A DNA stretch of 64,000 nt from assembly GCA_964016885.1 (NCBI GenBank), contig OZ024761.1:4154001-4218000 (forward strand). The letters are read 5' to 3'. The notes beneath the pieces were generated by a model that was not told where the DNA came from, did not search any database, and saw nothing but the letters and a program-made list of their open reading frames with translations. Of this stretch, positions 1 through 13,500 are shown piece by piece (within the stretch, counting starts at the first letter, position 1; the number at the start of each line of letters is the position of its first letter). The stretch comes from Eledone cirrhosa. Taxonomy: Eukaryota. Both the position numbers and the translations under genes were made by a program.

Positions 1-92
1 AGTAGATGTGTGTATGTAACTCGGTAGATGTGTGTATGTAACTCGGTAGATGTATGTGTGTGTAACTCAGTAGATGTGTATGTATGTAACTA
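1..92. repeat. Short tandem repeat (~22-24 bp, GTAGATGTGTGTATGTAACTCG)
   Basis: About 4 visible copies, running off the window start. Confidence 0.8.
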
Positions 93-144
93 AAGCAGGG
101 ACCGGCTACATAGCATCTTCCTCTCTAAGATAAACTTGTATATA

Positions 145-2638
145 TGTATCTATCTATCTATCTAAGGCGGGTAAAATTCCCGAGATCCATGGACGAGTTC
201 TCTCCAGCGGTCTCTGTCCCTCATTATCGCTGCCATATCCTGCATCTCCAACAGACCAGTGTCTGTCCTTAGGGCATCAACATATGTTAACCTTGGTCTT
301 CCTCTTCTAGTGTGTCCATGTAGGGGCTCCCAAAGGAGCACTGAGTGCAATGTCAACTCTGGATGTCGGTGAGTATGTCCAGCCAACCTCAGTCTCCTCT
401 GTGTCACTTTTGAGCTGACTTTTGGGATGCTCCCATACAGCTCTGAGTTTTTCATCCTCAGTGTATACTGATTAATGTTCAGAGCCATCCTCAGCATTCT
501 CGTGTAGCACCCATCCACCATCTGAGTGAGTCTCTTGGTCAGTGTCCAAGTCTCAGACCCCATACAGCAGCACAGACTCCACTACAGCAATGAAGAGGCG
601 GATTTTCAGGTCTCTACGAAGGTCCGACTTCCACACCGATCTCAAGCTGTGGCACGCCGCCCAGGCCTTGCTCTTCCTCTCAACCAAATCATCTTCCGTA
701 TTCCCAATCTTTGCTCCCAAATACAGGAAGTCCTCAACCAATTCCAGCGGCTTCCCACCTACATTAGTGATCCCCTCTGGCTTCTCAACATTCTCTACCA
801 GATATTTTGTTTTAGTCTCATTCATTCTCAGCCCCACACTCATCGACACAGTCTCAACCTCCCGCATCAAATCCTCTGCCTCCTTCACTGTATTTGTCAC
901 CAAAACTATGTCGTCGGCAAATTCAGCATCCAATACCTTTTTCGCCCCAACTCTCCTGCTCTGAGCCGGTGCTACAGTAAAGCCAGAGTCCTGGTGTTTC
1001 TCCAGTGCAAGGCGCATACAATAGTCCACTACGATGACAAAAAGGTAGGGAGCCAATGTATCTCCCTGGAGCACTCCAGCCAGTATCTCAAAGAACTCTG
1101 TCATCCCATCAGGTGTAATGACTTGGGCTTTGGTGTTGGTGTAGAGCAGTGATATCAGGTCCACTATCCTCTTGGGGATTCCATAAGCCTGTAAGATCTT
1201 CATCAGGCAGTACCGGTCCACAGAATCAAAGGCCTTCCTAAAGTCAATGAAAACCATGACCGCAGGAAGGCACTTTGCTCTAGCTCCCTCTAATATCCTC
1301 CTCAGCATCAGGATGTGACTGGTGGTTGATCTACCCTCTCTGAAGCCGTTCTGATTGTCCCTGAGCTTCTTCTCCATCTCAGGCTGGATCCTGTTAAGAA
1401 TCATCCTGTTGAGGGTCTTTGCCACAAGTGACGTCAGTGAGATCCCCCGGTAGTTGTTGGTGTTAGAGAGATCTCCCTTCTTTGGCACTGGGACGATGTT
1501 ACTGATCCTCCACTGATTCGGGGCAACTCCTTTCTCCAGTGCCCCGTTACAGAACCCCAGGATGATATCATCAAAATCACACCTCTTCATCACCTCTGAT
1601 GCCACTCCATCTTCTCCATGAGCCTTGCCCTCCTTGATCTTCTTCTTGGCTCTCTGAAGCTCCTCTCTGGTGAAGGGCTCTGTCTCAACATCCAGTTCCT
1701 CAAACAACCGCCTGATCTCCCCAGTTCTCTGGGCTGTGGAGGGTGGCTCTCCTAGTAGGGTCCTAAAATGGTCTAGCCATTTCCTCTTCCTATCCTCAGG
1801 CCCCGTTCCCTGGATCTGACTCGAACACCTTTTCTTCCTCCCTGTGATCTCGTTGATGATCATCCAGCTCTCCTTACATCCAGATCTGTCAACCGCTCTC
1901 TCCACACTTCTGATCTTCTCTATCAGTGCCTCCTCTCTGACCTCAGTGTAAGCGGTACAGAGCTCTTCCCTCATCACCTCCACAGTCTCCATCCTCTCCT
2001 CCGTAGGATCAGCATAGAATTGGTCCCTGGCAGCTTTCAGGTGTTCTCTGGCTGCACACACTTTTGGGTTTGCAGAGCTGACGTGCTTCCCTTTGTTCTT
2101 TTTCCTCGGCACCAGGGTTTCACTTGCTTTCGCCACTGCATTGGTGAAGTGCCCGTACCTCCTCGTCACACTCTCCTCAGTCCATCCAATCTCTCTCTCC
2201 TCTGACTCTCCACACAGAGCACTAAACCTGTTTCTCACTTCCACTGTGAACCTCTCCTGTAGCTTATCATCTTCCTTGAAAGCTCCCCAGTCATAGATTG
2301 TTCTCCGGGGCTGAGCCTTGCTCTTTCTTAAGCTCACGCGGACCTCACTCATAACAAGCCGGTGGTCACTACCCAGTGTACTGAAATAGCTGTATGGTTC
2401 CGTGTTCAGAACACTATTCCGCCACTTTTTCCTCACCAGAATGAAATCAATCTGGGACTTGGACAGGTGCATATCTGAGATGTAGGTCCACATCTTCCCC
2501 AGATTCTTCCTAAACCTTAGGTTGGTCGCCATCAAGTTCGCCTCCAGCAGGGTGTCTCTCAGTAGTCTTCCATTTCGGTTGGTGTTGTTATGGAAGTACC
2601 AGCAAGGATCTTCACTGCCCTCCTTACTCAGATGTGCA
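145..2638 (-). mobile_element. RTE-clade non-LTR retrotransposon, 5'-truncated and frameshifted (family C)
   Basis: ORF 553-2535 has the APE endonuclease C-terminus (QIDFIL, SDH) and RT motifs (NYRGISL, QNGFREGRST, FIDFRKAFDSV, GVLQGDTLAP, FADD, FLYLG). A frameshift near 553-563 leads into YGSETW...GRPR...WR (162-563). 3' tail is (GATA)n and the 5' end abuts (TA)n. Confidence 0.93.
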
Positions 2639-2789
2639 TATATATATATATACTAGCCGAATTACCCGCACCTTGCTGCATTTCACACATTTTTTGGTAA
2701 GAAAATGATGATTGATTTTAAATCAGTGATATAATTTATGGAGAAAAACTCTGCATTTCAAAATTACTTAATGTAAAATATCACCTTGG

Positions 2790-3056
2790 TCACCTTGACC
2801 AACTAGTCTGTCGGGCGTCTATTCGGCGCCGCTGATCACAACACGTCGTGCTGTTTTAGCCATAAGATAACGCCGTCCCACTGGCTGGGCGGGCAGGCCG
2901 GTACCTCTTCATCTCATTTCTACAGCTGAGCAAACTGGAGCAATGTGAAATAAAGTGTCTTGCTCAAGGAAACAACAATTCACCCAGTCCGAGAATTGAA
3001 CTCACAACCCTTCGATTGCAAGCCCAATGCTCTAATCACTAAGCCATGTGCCTTCA
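2790..3056 (-). mobile_element. tRNA-derived SINE (family 1 head)
   Basis: Head GGCACATGGCTTAGTG...GAGTTCAATTC with A/B boxes, followed by TCCTTGAGCAAGACACTTTATTTCACATTGCTCCAG (Nin-domain-like). The same head occurs at 20438, 22982, 56366 and 61271. Confidence 0.85.
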
Positions 3057-3112
3057 GTATCAATGTAAAATGTAATGCATGAAAAATTGGAAAACATTAT
3101 TTTTTGTAATAT

Positions 3113-3356
3113 AGGGCGGTGGATTGGCATATCGGTAGAGGGTCGAACGCCATGCTTTGACGTATAGAGTTACGACCCTGCCATTCTGAGTTCAAATCAC
3201 AGCCATTCTGAGTCCAACATATTTACGTCCCTTTACGGTCTGAGTTCAAATCCCGCCGAGATTAACTTTGCCTTTCATCCTTACGGGGTCAATAAAATAA
3301 AGTACCAGTAATGCACTGGATAATTGCTGGCTTTGTGCCAAAAGTAGAAACAATTA
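3113..3356 (+). mobile_element. tRNA-derived SINE (family 2)
   Basis: B-box GAGTTCAAATCC and core TTGCCTTTCATCCTTACGGGGTCAATAAAATAAAGTACCAG (Meta-domain-like). An inverted copy lies at 22222-22415. Confidence 0.8.
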
Positions 3357-3789
3357 TTTTTTGTAATATATCAAATCAAAATTACATTATTAAATCTTAT
3401 TCTTATTTTGTTTCTAGTAAATAATTTTTTTCAAAATATCAATTCAAAACTTTTGTGAATAGGCATCATATCTTGTCATTTACCTATGGTTTAAATTTCA
3501 TAAAAATCGAAGGGGAAAGATTTTCAGCGGGGGTTTGTGTCCCCGGGGAAACCTTTGATTAAAATGAAATTTACTTATCCAAGTACCCTGGGCAATGTAG
3601 TTTCAGATATTTTATGGTTATGGGCGTCTATCTCCAAAACCACAGGAGTAGCTCGTGAACAAATAAACAAACAATCATATTTATCTGAAGTAGTCAAGTA
3701 TTTACATGATTTTAAAAAAAATATATTTACGTAAATATATTTTTTGTGGAAGAGCAACAGTCACCCATGTATACCAGCTTCCACTGACC

Positions 3790-3958
3790 ACGCCACCGAT
3801 GTTGTTCAGGGTAGAGGCAATGGCTGATACAGTTTGGCACCAGTGACGTCACAACTCAGTGAGTGGACTGGAACAACGTGAAATAAAGTGTCTTGCTCAA
3901 GGACACAACGCATCACAACGTCTCGATTGCAATCCAAACACTATAACCACTAAACCAT
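3790..3958 (-). mobile_element. Degenerate SINE family 1 copy
   Basis: Contains the GTGAAATAAAGTGTCTTGCTCAAGGACACAAC core and a decayed tRNA head. Confidence 0.65.
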
Positions 3959-3982
3959 ACAGAGAGAGGGAAGGATAGATAG

Positions 3983-4468
3983 ATTTCTTTATTAGCCACA
4001 AGGGCGCAACAAGAAAAGGGGACAATACAAAGACATGCCGGGGATTTTACATACAGTCGTGTAAAAAATATAAAAACAAACAATTACAACAATCGAAATC
4101 CCCAATAGGGGGGAGGCACCACAAATGGGTTGTTTAATACCCCGTCGATAGAACAACCCTCAACTCCAGCAGTGTGTTGTGCAAGTGCTCCTTTCTTCCT
4201 TTTGCTCTCTCCCTCAACCTACAGGCTTATTAACAGAGAAGGCCCAATCACTCGGGCCATTTTCGCTTCATTCACCCACCTTTCAGTAAATTTACTGGGG
4301 TGCAGTGCCTCTCTCTCCACCCTGATTCTCCTTCTACAGTGATACTTAAAGAAGGGAATCAATTGTTGTCCGGAGAGAAAGGCATCTGTCCTCAGTCCTC
4401 TCAACCTCGTCCACCATATAACTTCTTTCACCATAGCCACCGTACAGAGGAAAACCGCCTCTCTTTCG
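3983..4468 (-). mobile_element. Tx1/L1-clade LINE 3' fragment
   Basis: Encodes AMVKEVIWWTR...SKFTERWVNEAK, homologous to 45600-46020 and 57330-57720. Has AATAAA near the 3' end and (GATA)n on both flanks. Confidence 0.8.
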
Positions 4469-4702
4469 TAGATAGATACACAGATATGTTAATAGATAGG
4501 TAAATAAATAGATAGATAAATAAATAGATAAATAGATGGATAGATTGATAGATAGATAGAAGGGAACATTTTTAGGTGTGTGTATGTCTGTATGTCATGT
4601 ATATGTATATATATACACACACACACATATATTTATGTGTTGTTGATTGTTGAGCTTGCGTGACTGCTTAGTGGCTATTAATTCAGACGTTGCTGAGTGA
4701 CA

Positions 4703-4751
<49 letters not shown>

Positions 4752-4914
4752 GCGTGTGTGTGTGCGTGTGTGTGTGTGTGCGTGTGTGCGTGTGTAGTGA
4801 AAAGTACACCACTCTAATAATTGTAAATATTTTTTTTTTTAAATTGCAATGAAACACATGTGCATATGATACGTACAATCACACACACATTATCTCTATG
4901 TATGTATGTATGTC

Positions 4915-5322
4915 AAGTCGCTCTCAACTGCTATTGGTTACATGTAACCTAGTACAACTTGTCTCATGGTCGGATCGTCGGCGACTAAACTGGCAACCCT
5001 ACCAGGCTTGCTTGGTGAGGAGGGTGATATTTGGACAGCCTGCGGGATGAAATACAAGACCCAGTGAAGGGTGGAGGAACTCAGCAGTCAACAGCCATCC
5101 AAATAGTACTTTTTTTTTCCCCCACCTGGGAGTGAAAGGCCCCAGTTGTTGTCACAAAACCTTTCTAAGAGAGGGAAACTCTGAAAGCAAACCTACGGCT
5201 TCAGAAGCATCCAATGTTGTTGAGCAGTTCTTCTTTTTGGGTAGTGTTTTCGATGCTCAGAGGGTGAGATTGGTCGAGTGCAAGGCCTTTCTCCACTTAA
5301 AAAAACCTTCAAAGCACAGACA
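4915..5322 (+). repeat. Interspersed repeat, possibly a non-autonomous RTE 5'-UTR derivative
   Basis: Its 3' half resembles 6855-7075 (TTCTA.GAGA.GG.AACTC...AAACCT.CGGCT...CACTT.AAAAA). The class assignment is inference. Confidence 0.4.
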
Positions 5323-5696
5323 TTCACGCTAGCATGGGTCTGGACGGGAATTGTCCCACTTGAGGCAAGATTGGTTGTCTTACTCAGGACTGTCTGGCGG
5401 GTTATCTACGGCTGGATGCCCTTCCTAACACCAACCACGTTTCCAGTGTGGACTGGGAGGTTTTTACCGTGTTACCTACACGATCACATTACAGCGTGGA
5501 CTGTGTGTTTTTTTGTCGTGACACCTACACGACCTCATTTATTTAGGACTGGATGTTGTGGTACCAACATAACTTTACATCGAAAGGGGTGGTGTAGATG
5601 GCGGTGGGGGTAGGGGTATTGGGACGAGGGTGTATTTTGGTTAAGAGGTGTCTACAGATTGTAGGTTTCGCTTTGTACTTTGGCAAGGCGGGTCAT
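5323..5696 (-). mobile_element. RTE family A 3'-UTR fragment
   Basis: Closely matches 31065-31428 (CACGCTAGCATGGG...GGATGCCCTTCCTAACACC). Confidence 0.85.
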
Positions 5697-5892
5697 GTAT
5701 GTATATGTGTGTATATATATATATGTATGTATATGTATGTGTGTATTTAGTAGTCATTAGAATATTTTGTGGTATTCTTTTTTGTGTTGAGAGTTTAAAT
5801 TGCATCAAAGTCAACTTTTACCTTTCATCCCTTCGTGGTCAATAAAGTACCAGTGCTGTACTGGAGATAGTGCTTCCTTTATCTCTATTACT

Positions 5893-6170
5893 CAGTTCTC
5901 TCCAGCAGTCTCTGTCCCTCATCATCGCCGCCATGTCCTGTGTCTCCCAGAGACCAGTGTCTGTCCTTAGGGCATCAATATATGTCATCATCGGTGTCCG
6001 TCTTCTAGTGTGTCCTTATTGGGGCTCTCACAGGACCACTGAATACAGTGTCAACTCTAATGTCAGTGAGCATGTTCAGCTAACCTCAGTCTCCTCTGTG
6101 TCACTTTTGAGCTGACATTTGGGAGGCTTCTATACAGTTCATCATCCCCAGTGCATACTGATCAATGTTT
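5893..6170 (-). mobile_element. RTE family C 3' fragment
   Basis: Diverged copy of 196-480. Confidence 0.85.
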
Positions 6171-6225
6171 ATATATATGTGTATTTATATACACGTGTGT
6201 GTGTGTGTGTATATATGTATGTATA

Positions 6226-6257
<32 letters not shown>

Positions 6258-6263
<6 letters not shown>

Positions 6264-6812
6264 GGAAAAAATGAAACAAAATTTCATTTCTCACTCTTAG
6301 TACGGCTGTTACTTAAATATAAGTATGTATACGTACATACATATATGTATACATATATGTATGTACGTGTACATACTTATATTTAAGTAACAGCCGTACT
6401 AAGAGTGAGAAATGAAATTTCGTTTCATTTTTTTCCTTTTATCGTTTTCGGTACCCCGGCCGATTAACTCACTCGATATGCAAATTAGGCTACTCAGCCG
6501 TTAATATGCATAAGGAAAGTATATACTTTCAGATGTTCAACCATTTGGCAGGAAGGTATACGTTGCTGACGATAGCTAATAAGCTTGAAACTAGTACAGC
6601 GTTCCTTTGTCAGTGTTGAACAAATGAGCAACGATGGTTGCTAAACACTGTACGGCTTAATTCGGGATGTTTGTTTACAAACACACCGAGCATTATAATA
6701 AATGTTGGGTGAATCCATACGTACATATATATATGTGTGCATGTATGTATATATATATATACATACTACTGTACGTCTGTATACATATATGTATGTACGT
6801 ATACATACTTAT
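6258..6812 (+). mobile_element. Penelope/retrozyme-like non-autonomous repeat with a palindromic end and a hammerhead motif
   Basis: ~90-bp-arm palindrome at 6258-6440. The segment from 6345 recurs at ~6780-6812 (partial tandem). A related copy lies at 20030-20292. Confidence 0.6.
6560..6602 (+). ncRNA. Minimal type I hammerhead ribozyme motif
   Basis: ACGTTG-CTGACGA-T-AGCT(AATA)AGCT-T-GAAAC-TA-GTA-CAGCGT. Both core boxes, stem II, palindromic stem III (ACTAGT) and stem I are present. Confidence 0.75.
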
Positions 6813-7574
6813 ATATATATATATATATTGGGAGTATATATATATATATTGGGAGTGAAGGACCCCTAGCCTTTGTCAGGGCATTCTTCTAGGAGAAGGC
6901 AACTCAGGAAACTGGGTTAACTCCGATATAAAACCTGCGGCTCAGTAGTTACCAATGATGTTGATCTTTTCTTCTTTTCGGGTTATAGCTACTGTAGCTC
7001 AGACAGTGGGATTGGCTCAGTGCACAGTCTTTCCTCACTTTAAAAATTATTTTCACACACAGGCATTGCACAATAGAATTAATTAATAATTATTAATAAT
7101 GGTATATCGTGCAATGGCCATACTCGATAACGAGGGGGCAGCCATCATATGTGTGTATGTATGTATGTATGCATGTATATGTGCATGTATGTATGTGTAT
7201 GTATACGTATGTATGTGTATGTATCAGGGTCAGTGGAACTGGTGGGGTGGCATGCCCCCCACCCCCCAACTACCAAAACACACATCTATATGTATATACA
7301 CTACAATTTATCTACATGTTATGTTTATCGCATATCAGAGTTTTTTTTATATATCTTGGTTGATATTTGATAATAACAGCTAAACTAAACATTACAACTA
7401 AATTGACCAAATTTGCCCACCCTCCCCCCAATTCAAAAATGCTTCAACCACTCCTCTGTATATATAGTTGTAGTGCACCTGAGCACTGTACACAATAATT
7501 TTTTATTATTACATTGCAAGTTCTCTATGTGAGTAAATAATTATTGAGATAATATATCTCCTGAACCCAATCAA

Positions 7575-10500
7575 AACAGCATCTTCTGATGTAGACGAGG
7601 TTGCATCTGGGAGTGGTGACTAATCTCTCAGAGGCTGAGGTCACAAGAGCAGTCAAAGAGTTCAAATGTGGAAAAGCCACTGGAGAAGATAAAATCTGGC
7701 CCAAGATGCTAAAAGCCTTAAATAGCAAAGGTATTTTCTGGCAGATTGGTGTGTGCCAGGGGGCCTGGATCTCTGGAAAGACACCCAAGTAATGGCAATT
7801 GGGAATGATAATCCTAATTTTCAAAAAGGGAGATTGTTCTAATTACAGAGGGATCTCCTTGTTAAGCTTCCTCGGTAAAGTCTATGTTAAGTATCTGGCA
7901 AAGAGATGCAAGGATATTGTCAAGTCCAAGCTAGCAGATGAACAGTGTGGTTTTACCCTCGACACAGCACAGCCAACTAAATTTTCACACTGTGGCAGGT
8001 CTTCAAGAAATCTTGGGAGTGTTGGAAAGATGTATATTCTTGTTTTGTCGACCTCGAAAAGGCACATGACCGCGTTCCTCGGGACCTGCTGTGGAAGGTT
8101 GTACAGGAGTATGGGAACGATAGTCAGCTTCTTGCTGTCCTGATGTCTCTGTATGAAGGCCTGAGTATTTGTACTGGGATAAATAGTGTTAAATCGAAAC
8201 CATTGAATGTGGGAGTCAGACTCCCTCAAGGGTGTGTACTGTCACCCCCTCCTGTTCATCATTTACATGAACAGGATTGATATGTGAAACCAGGTTGTAA
8301 GTGATATCATGACTGACAGGTATAAAATCAATTGGCTGGAATTTGCAGACGACATGGTGTTACTTAACTCGACAGAGGGTGATCTCAGACTTGTACTTGA
8401 TAGGTTTGATGCTGAGTGCTGCATGGCTGGAATGAAAATCAGTGCTGCAAAGACTGAGACACTCGTCCTCTCAAGGAAGCCTGCACAGTGCACTCTACAT
8501 GTGAATAGAGTTCCACTGAAGCAGGTGGAGAAGTTCTAGTATCTCAGGGCCGTGTTCAGGAGTGATGGAAGGCAGGAGGCTGAAATAAGTGCAAGAATTA
8601 CAGGAGCTGGTGCAGTAATGCACCAGCTTCAGCATTCATTAATCCAAAGTAGCTATCTTCAATTCAGTATTGATGCCAACCCTTGCCTATGGTCATGAAA
8701 CTTGAGTAATTACCGAAAGAATACGATCGTGAATACAAGTGATCGAAATGGGGTTCCTCTGAAGGGTAGAGCTCCAAGTAGATTCGCTATTTCTCCGAGT
8801 TGAAATTTCACAACTCCAATACTATGGGTATGTGGTTAGATTGTCTCAGAAAAGAATCACTGGACAGATTTGAGAGATCACAGCTCTGATACTACAGAGA
8901 TGGGGTTAGAATGTCTCAGGAAAGAATCACTGGACAGATTTGAGAGATCACAGCTCTGATATTACAGAGATGTGTTAGAATGTCTCAGGAAAGAATCTCT
9001 GGACAGATTTGAGAGATCACAGCTCTGATACTACAGAGATGGGGTTAGATTGTCTCAGAAAAGAATCACTGGACAGATTTGAGAGATCACAGCTCTGATA
9101 CTACAGAGATGTGGTTAGAATGTCTCAGGAAAGAATCTCTGGACAGATTTGAGAGATCACAGCTCTGATATTACAGAGATGGGGTTAGAATGTCTCAGGA
9201 AAGAATCACTGGACAGATTTGAGAGATCACAGCTCTGATACTACAGAGATGTGGTTAGAATGTCTCAGGTAGGAATCTCTGGACATATTTGAGAGATCAC
9301 AGCTCTGATACTACAGAGATGTGGTTAGAATGTCTCAGGAAAGAATCTCTGGACAGATTTGAGAGATCACAGCTCTGATATTACAGAGATGGGGTTAGAA
9401 TGTCTCAGGAAAGAATCACTGGACAGATTTGAGAGATCACAGCTCTGATACTACAGAGATGGGGTTAGAATGTCTCAGCAAAGAATCACTGGACAGATTT
9501 GAGAGATCACAGCTCTGATACTACAGAGATGTGGTTAGAATGTCTCAGGTAGGAATCTCTGGACATATTTGAGAGATCACAGCTCTGATACTACAGAGAT
9601 GTGGTTAGAATGTCTCAGGAAAGAATCTCTGGACAGATTTGAGAGATCACAGCTCTGATATTACAGACATGTGGTTAGAATGTCTCAGGAAAGAATCACT
9701 GGACAGATTTGAGAGATCACAGCTCTGATATTACAGAGATGTGGTTAGAATGTCTCAGGAAAGAATCACTGGAGAGATTTGAGAGATCACAGCTCTGATA
9801 CTACAGAGATGTGGTTAGAATGTCTCAGGTAGGAATCTCTGGACATATTTGAGAGATCACAGCTCTGATACTACAGAGATGTGGTTAGAATGTCTCAGGT
9901 AGGAATCTCTGGACAGATTTGAGAGATCACAGCTCTGATACTACAGAGATGTGGTTAGAATGTCTCAGGAAAGAATCTCTGGACAGATTTGAGAGATCAC
10001 AGCTCTGATATTACAGAGATGGGGTTAGAATGTCTCAGGAAAGAATCACTGGACAGAATTGAGAGATCACAGCTCTGATATTACAGAGATGTGGTTAGAA
10101 TGTCTCAAGAAAGAATCACTGGACAGATTTGAGAGATCACAGCTCTGATAATGCAGACATGTGGTTAGAATGTCTCAGGAAAGAATCACTGGACAGATTT
10201 GAGAGATCACAGCTCTGATATTACAGAGATGTGGTTAGAATGTCTCAGGAAAGAATCACTGGACAGATTTGAGAGATCACAGCTCTGATACTACAGAGAT
10301 GGGGTTAGAATGTCTCAGCAAAGAATCACTGGACAGATTTGAGAGATCACAGCTCTGATACTACAGAGATGTGGTTAGAATGTCTCAGGTAGGAATCTCT
10401 GGACATATTTGAGAGATCACAGCTCTGATACTACAGAGATGTGGTTAGAATGTCTCAGGAAAGAATCTCTGGACAGATTTGAGAGATCACAGCTCTGATA

Positions 10501-13500
10501 TTACAGACATGTGGTTAGAATGTCTCAGGAAAGAATCACTGGACAGATTTGAGAGATCACAGCTCTGATATTACAGAGATGTGGTTAGAATGTCTCAGGA
10601 AAGAATCACTGGAGAGATTTGAGAGATCACAGCTCTGATACTACAGAGATGTGGTTAGAATGTCTCAGGAAAGAATGTCTGGACAGCTTTGAGAGATCAC
10701 AGCTCTGATACTACAGAGATGTGGTTAGAATGTCTCAGGTAGGAATCTCTGGACATATTTGAGAGATCACAGCTCTGATACTACAGAGATGTGGTTAGAA
10801 TGTCTCAGGAAAGAATCTCTGGACAGATTTGAGAGATCACAGCTCTGATATTACAGAGATGGGGTTAGAATGTCTCAGGAAAGAATCACTGGACAGATTT
10901 GAGAGATCACAGCTCTGATACTACAGAGATGGGGTTAGAATGTCTCAGCAAAGAATCACTGGACAGATTTGAGAGATCACAGCTCTGATACTACAGAGAT
11001 GTGGTTAGAATGTCTCAGGTAGGAATCTCTGGACATATTTGAGAGATCACAGCTCTGATACTACAGAGATGTGGTTAGAATGTCTCAGGAAAGAATCTCT
11101 GGACAGATTTGAGAGATCACAGCTCTGATATTACAGACATGTGGTTAGAATGTCTCAGGAAAGAATCACTGGACAGATTTGAGAGATCACAGCTCTGATA
11201 TTACAGAGATGTGGTTAGAATGTCTCAGGAAAGAATCACTGGAGAGATTTGAGAGATCACAGCTCTGATACTACAGAGATGTGGTTAGAATGTCTCAGGT
11301 AGGAATCTCTGGACATATTTGAGAGATCACAGCTCTGATACTACAGAGATGTGGTTAGAATGTCTCAGGTAGGAATCTCTGGACAGATTTGAGAGATCAC
11401 AGCTCTGATACTACAGAGATGTGGTTAGAATGTCTCAGGAAAGAATCTCTGGACAGATTTGAGAGATCACAGCTCTGATATTACAGAGATGGGGTTAGAA
11501 TGTCTCAGGAAAGAATCACTGGACAGATTTGAGAGATCACAGCTCTGATATTACAGAGATGTGGTTAGAATGTCTCAAGAAAGAATCACTGGACAGATTT
11601 GAGAGATCACAGCTCTGATAATGCAGACATGTGGTTAGAATGTCTCAGGAAAGAATCACTGGACAGATTTGAGAGATCACAGCTCTGATATTACAGAGAT
11701 GTGGTTAGAATGTCTCAGGAAAGAATCACTGGACAGATTTGAGAGATCACAGCTCTGATACTACAGAGATGGGGTTAGAATGTCTCAGCAAAGAATCACT
11801 GGACAGATTTGAGAGATCACAGCTCTGATACTACAGAGATGTGGTTAGAATGTCTCAGGTAGGAATCTCTGGACATATTTGAGAGATCACAGCTCTGATA
11901 CTACAGAGATGTGGTTAGAATGTCTCAGGAAAGAATCTCTGGACAGATTTGAGAGATCACAGCTCTGATATTACAGACATGTGGTTAGAATGTCTCAGGA
12001 AAGAATCACTGGACAGATTTGAGAGATCACAGCTCTGATATTACAGAGATGTGGTTAGAATGTCTCAGGAAAGAATCACTGGAGAGATTTGAGAGATCAC
12101 AGCTCTGATACTACAGAGATGTGGTTAGAATGTCTCAGGAAAGAATGTCTGGACAGCTTTGAGAGATCACAGCTCTGATACTACAGAGATGTGGTTAGAA
12201 TGTCTCAGGTAGGAATCTCTGGACAGATTTGAGAGATCACAGCTCTGATACTACAGAGATGTGGTTAGAATGTCTCAGGAAAGAATCTCTGGACAGATTT
12301 GAGAGATCACAGCTCTGATATTACAGAGATGGGGTTAGAATGTCTCAGGAAAGAATCACTGGACAGATTTGAGAGATCACAGCTCTGATACTACAGAGAT
12401 GGGGTTAGAATGTCTCAGCAAAGAATCACTGGACAGATTTGAGAGATCACAGCTCTGATACTACAGAGATGTGGTTAGAATGTCTCAGGTAGGAATCTCT
12501 GGACATATTTGAGAGATCACAGCTCTGATACTACAGAGATGTGGTTAGAATGTCTCAGGAAAGAATCTCTGGACAGATTTGAGAGATCACAGCTCTGATA
12601 TTACAGACATGTGGTTAGAATGTCTCAGGAAAGAATCACTGGACAGATTTGAGAGATCACAGCTCTGATATTACAGAGATGTGGTTAGAATGTCTCAGGA
12701 AAGAATCACTGGAGAGATTTGAGAGATCACAGCTCTGATACTACAGAGATGTGGTTAGAATGTCTCAGGTAGGAATCTCTGGACATATTTGAGAGATCAC
12801 AGCTCTGATACTACAGAGATGTGGTTAGAATGTCTCAGGTAGGAATCTCTGGACAGATTTGAGAGATCACAGCTCTGATACTACAGAGATGTGGTTAGAA
12901 TGTCTCAGGAAAGAATCTCTGGACAGATTTGAGAGATCACAGCTCTGATATTACAGAGATGGGGTTAGAATGTCTCAGGAAAGAATCACTGGACAGATTT
13001 GAGAGATCACAGCTCTGATATTACAGAGATGTGGTTAGAATGTCTCAAGAAAGAATCACTGGACAGATTTGAGAGATCACAGCTCTGATAATGCAGACAT
13101 GTGGTTAGAATGTCTCAGGAAAGAATCACTGGACAGATTTGAGAGATCACAGCTCTGATACTACAGAGATGGGGTTAGAATGTCTCAGCAAAGAATCACT
13201 GGACAGATTTGAGAGATCACAGCTCTGATACTACAGAGATGTGGTTAGAATGTCTCAGGTAGGAATCTCTGGACATATTTGAGAGATCACAGCTCTGATA
13301 CTACAGAGATGTGGTTAGAATGTCTCAGGAAAGAATCTCTGGACAGATTTGAGAGATCACAGCTCTGATATTACAGACATGTGGTTAGAATGTCTCAGGA
13401 AAGAATCACTGGACAGATTTGAGAGATCACAGCTCTGATATTACAGAGATGTGGTTAGAATGTCTCAGGAAAGAATCACTGGAGAGATTTGAGAGATCAC

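Larger units (their letters stand above)
2652..3700 (-). mobile_element. Probable non-autonomous Helitron-like element with nested SINEs
   Basis: Minus-strand end GCAGCAAGGTGCGGGTAATTCGGCTAG|T next to (TA)n resembles the Helitron 3' end at 14946. The 5' boundary is uncertain. Confidence 0.45.

Noticed and set aside
526-1152. Plus-strand ORFs over the LINE (and similar antisense ORFs over other RTE copies)
   Set aside because: Antisense shadows of RT coding sequence.
7224-7460. Possible small TIR element (CAGGG...CTCTG) between TA repeats
   Set aside because: Inverted ends are too degenerate and there is no second copy in the window.
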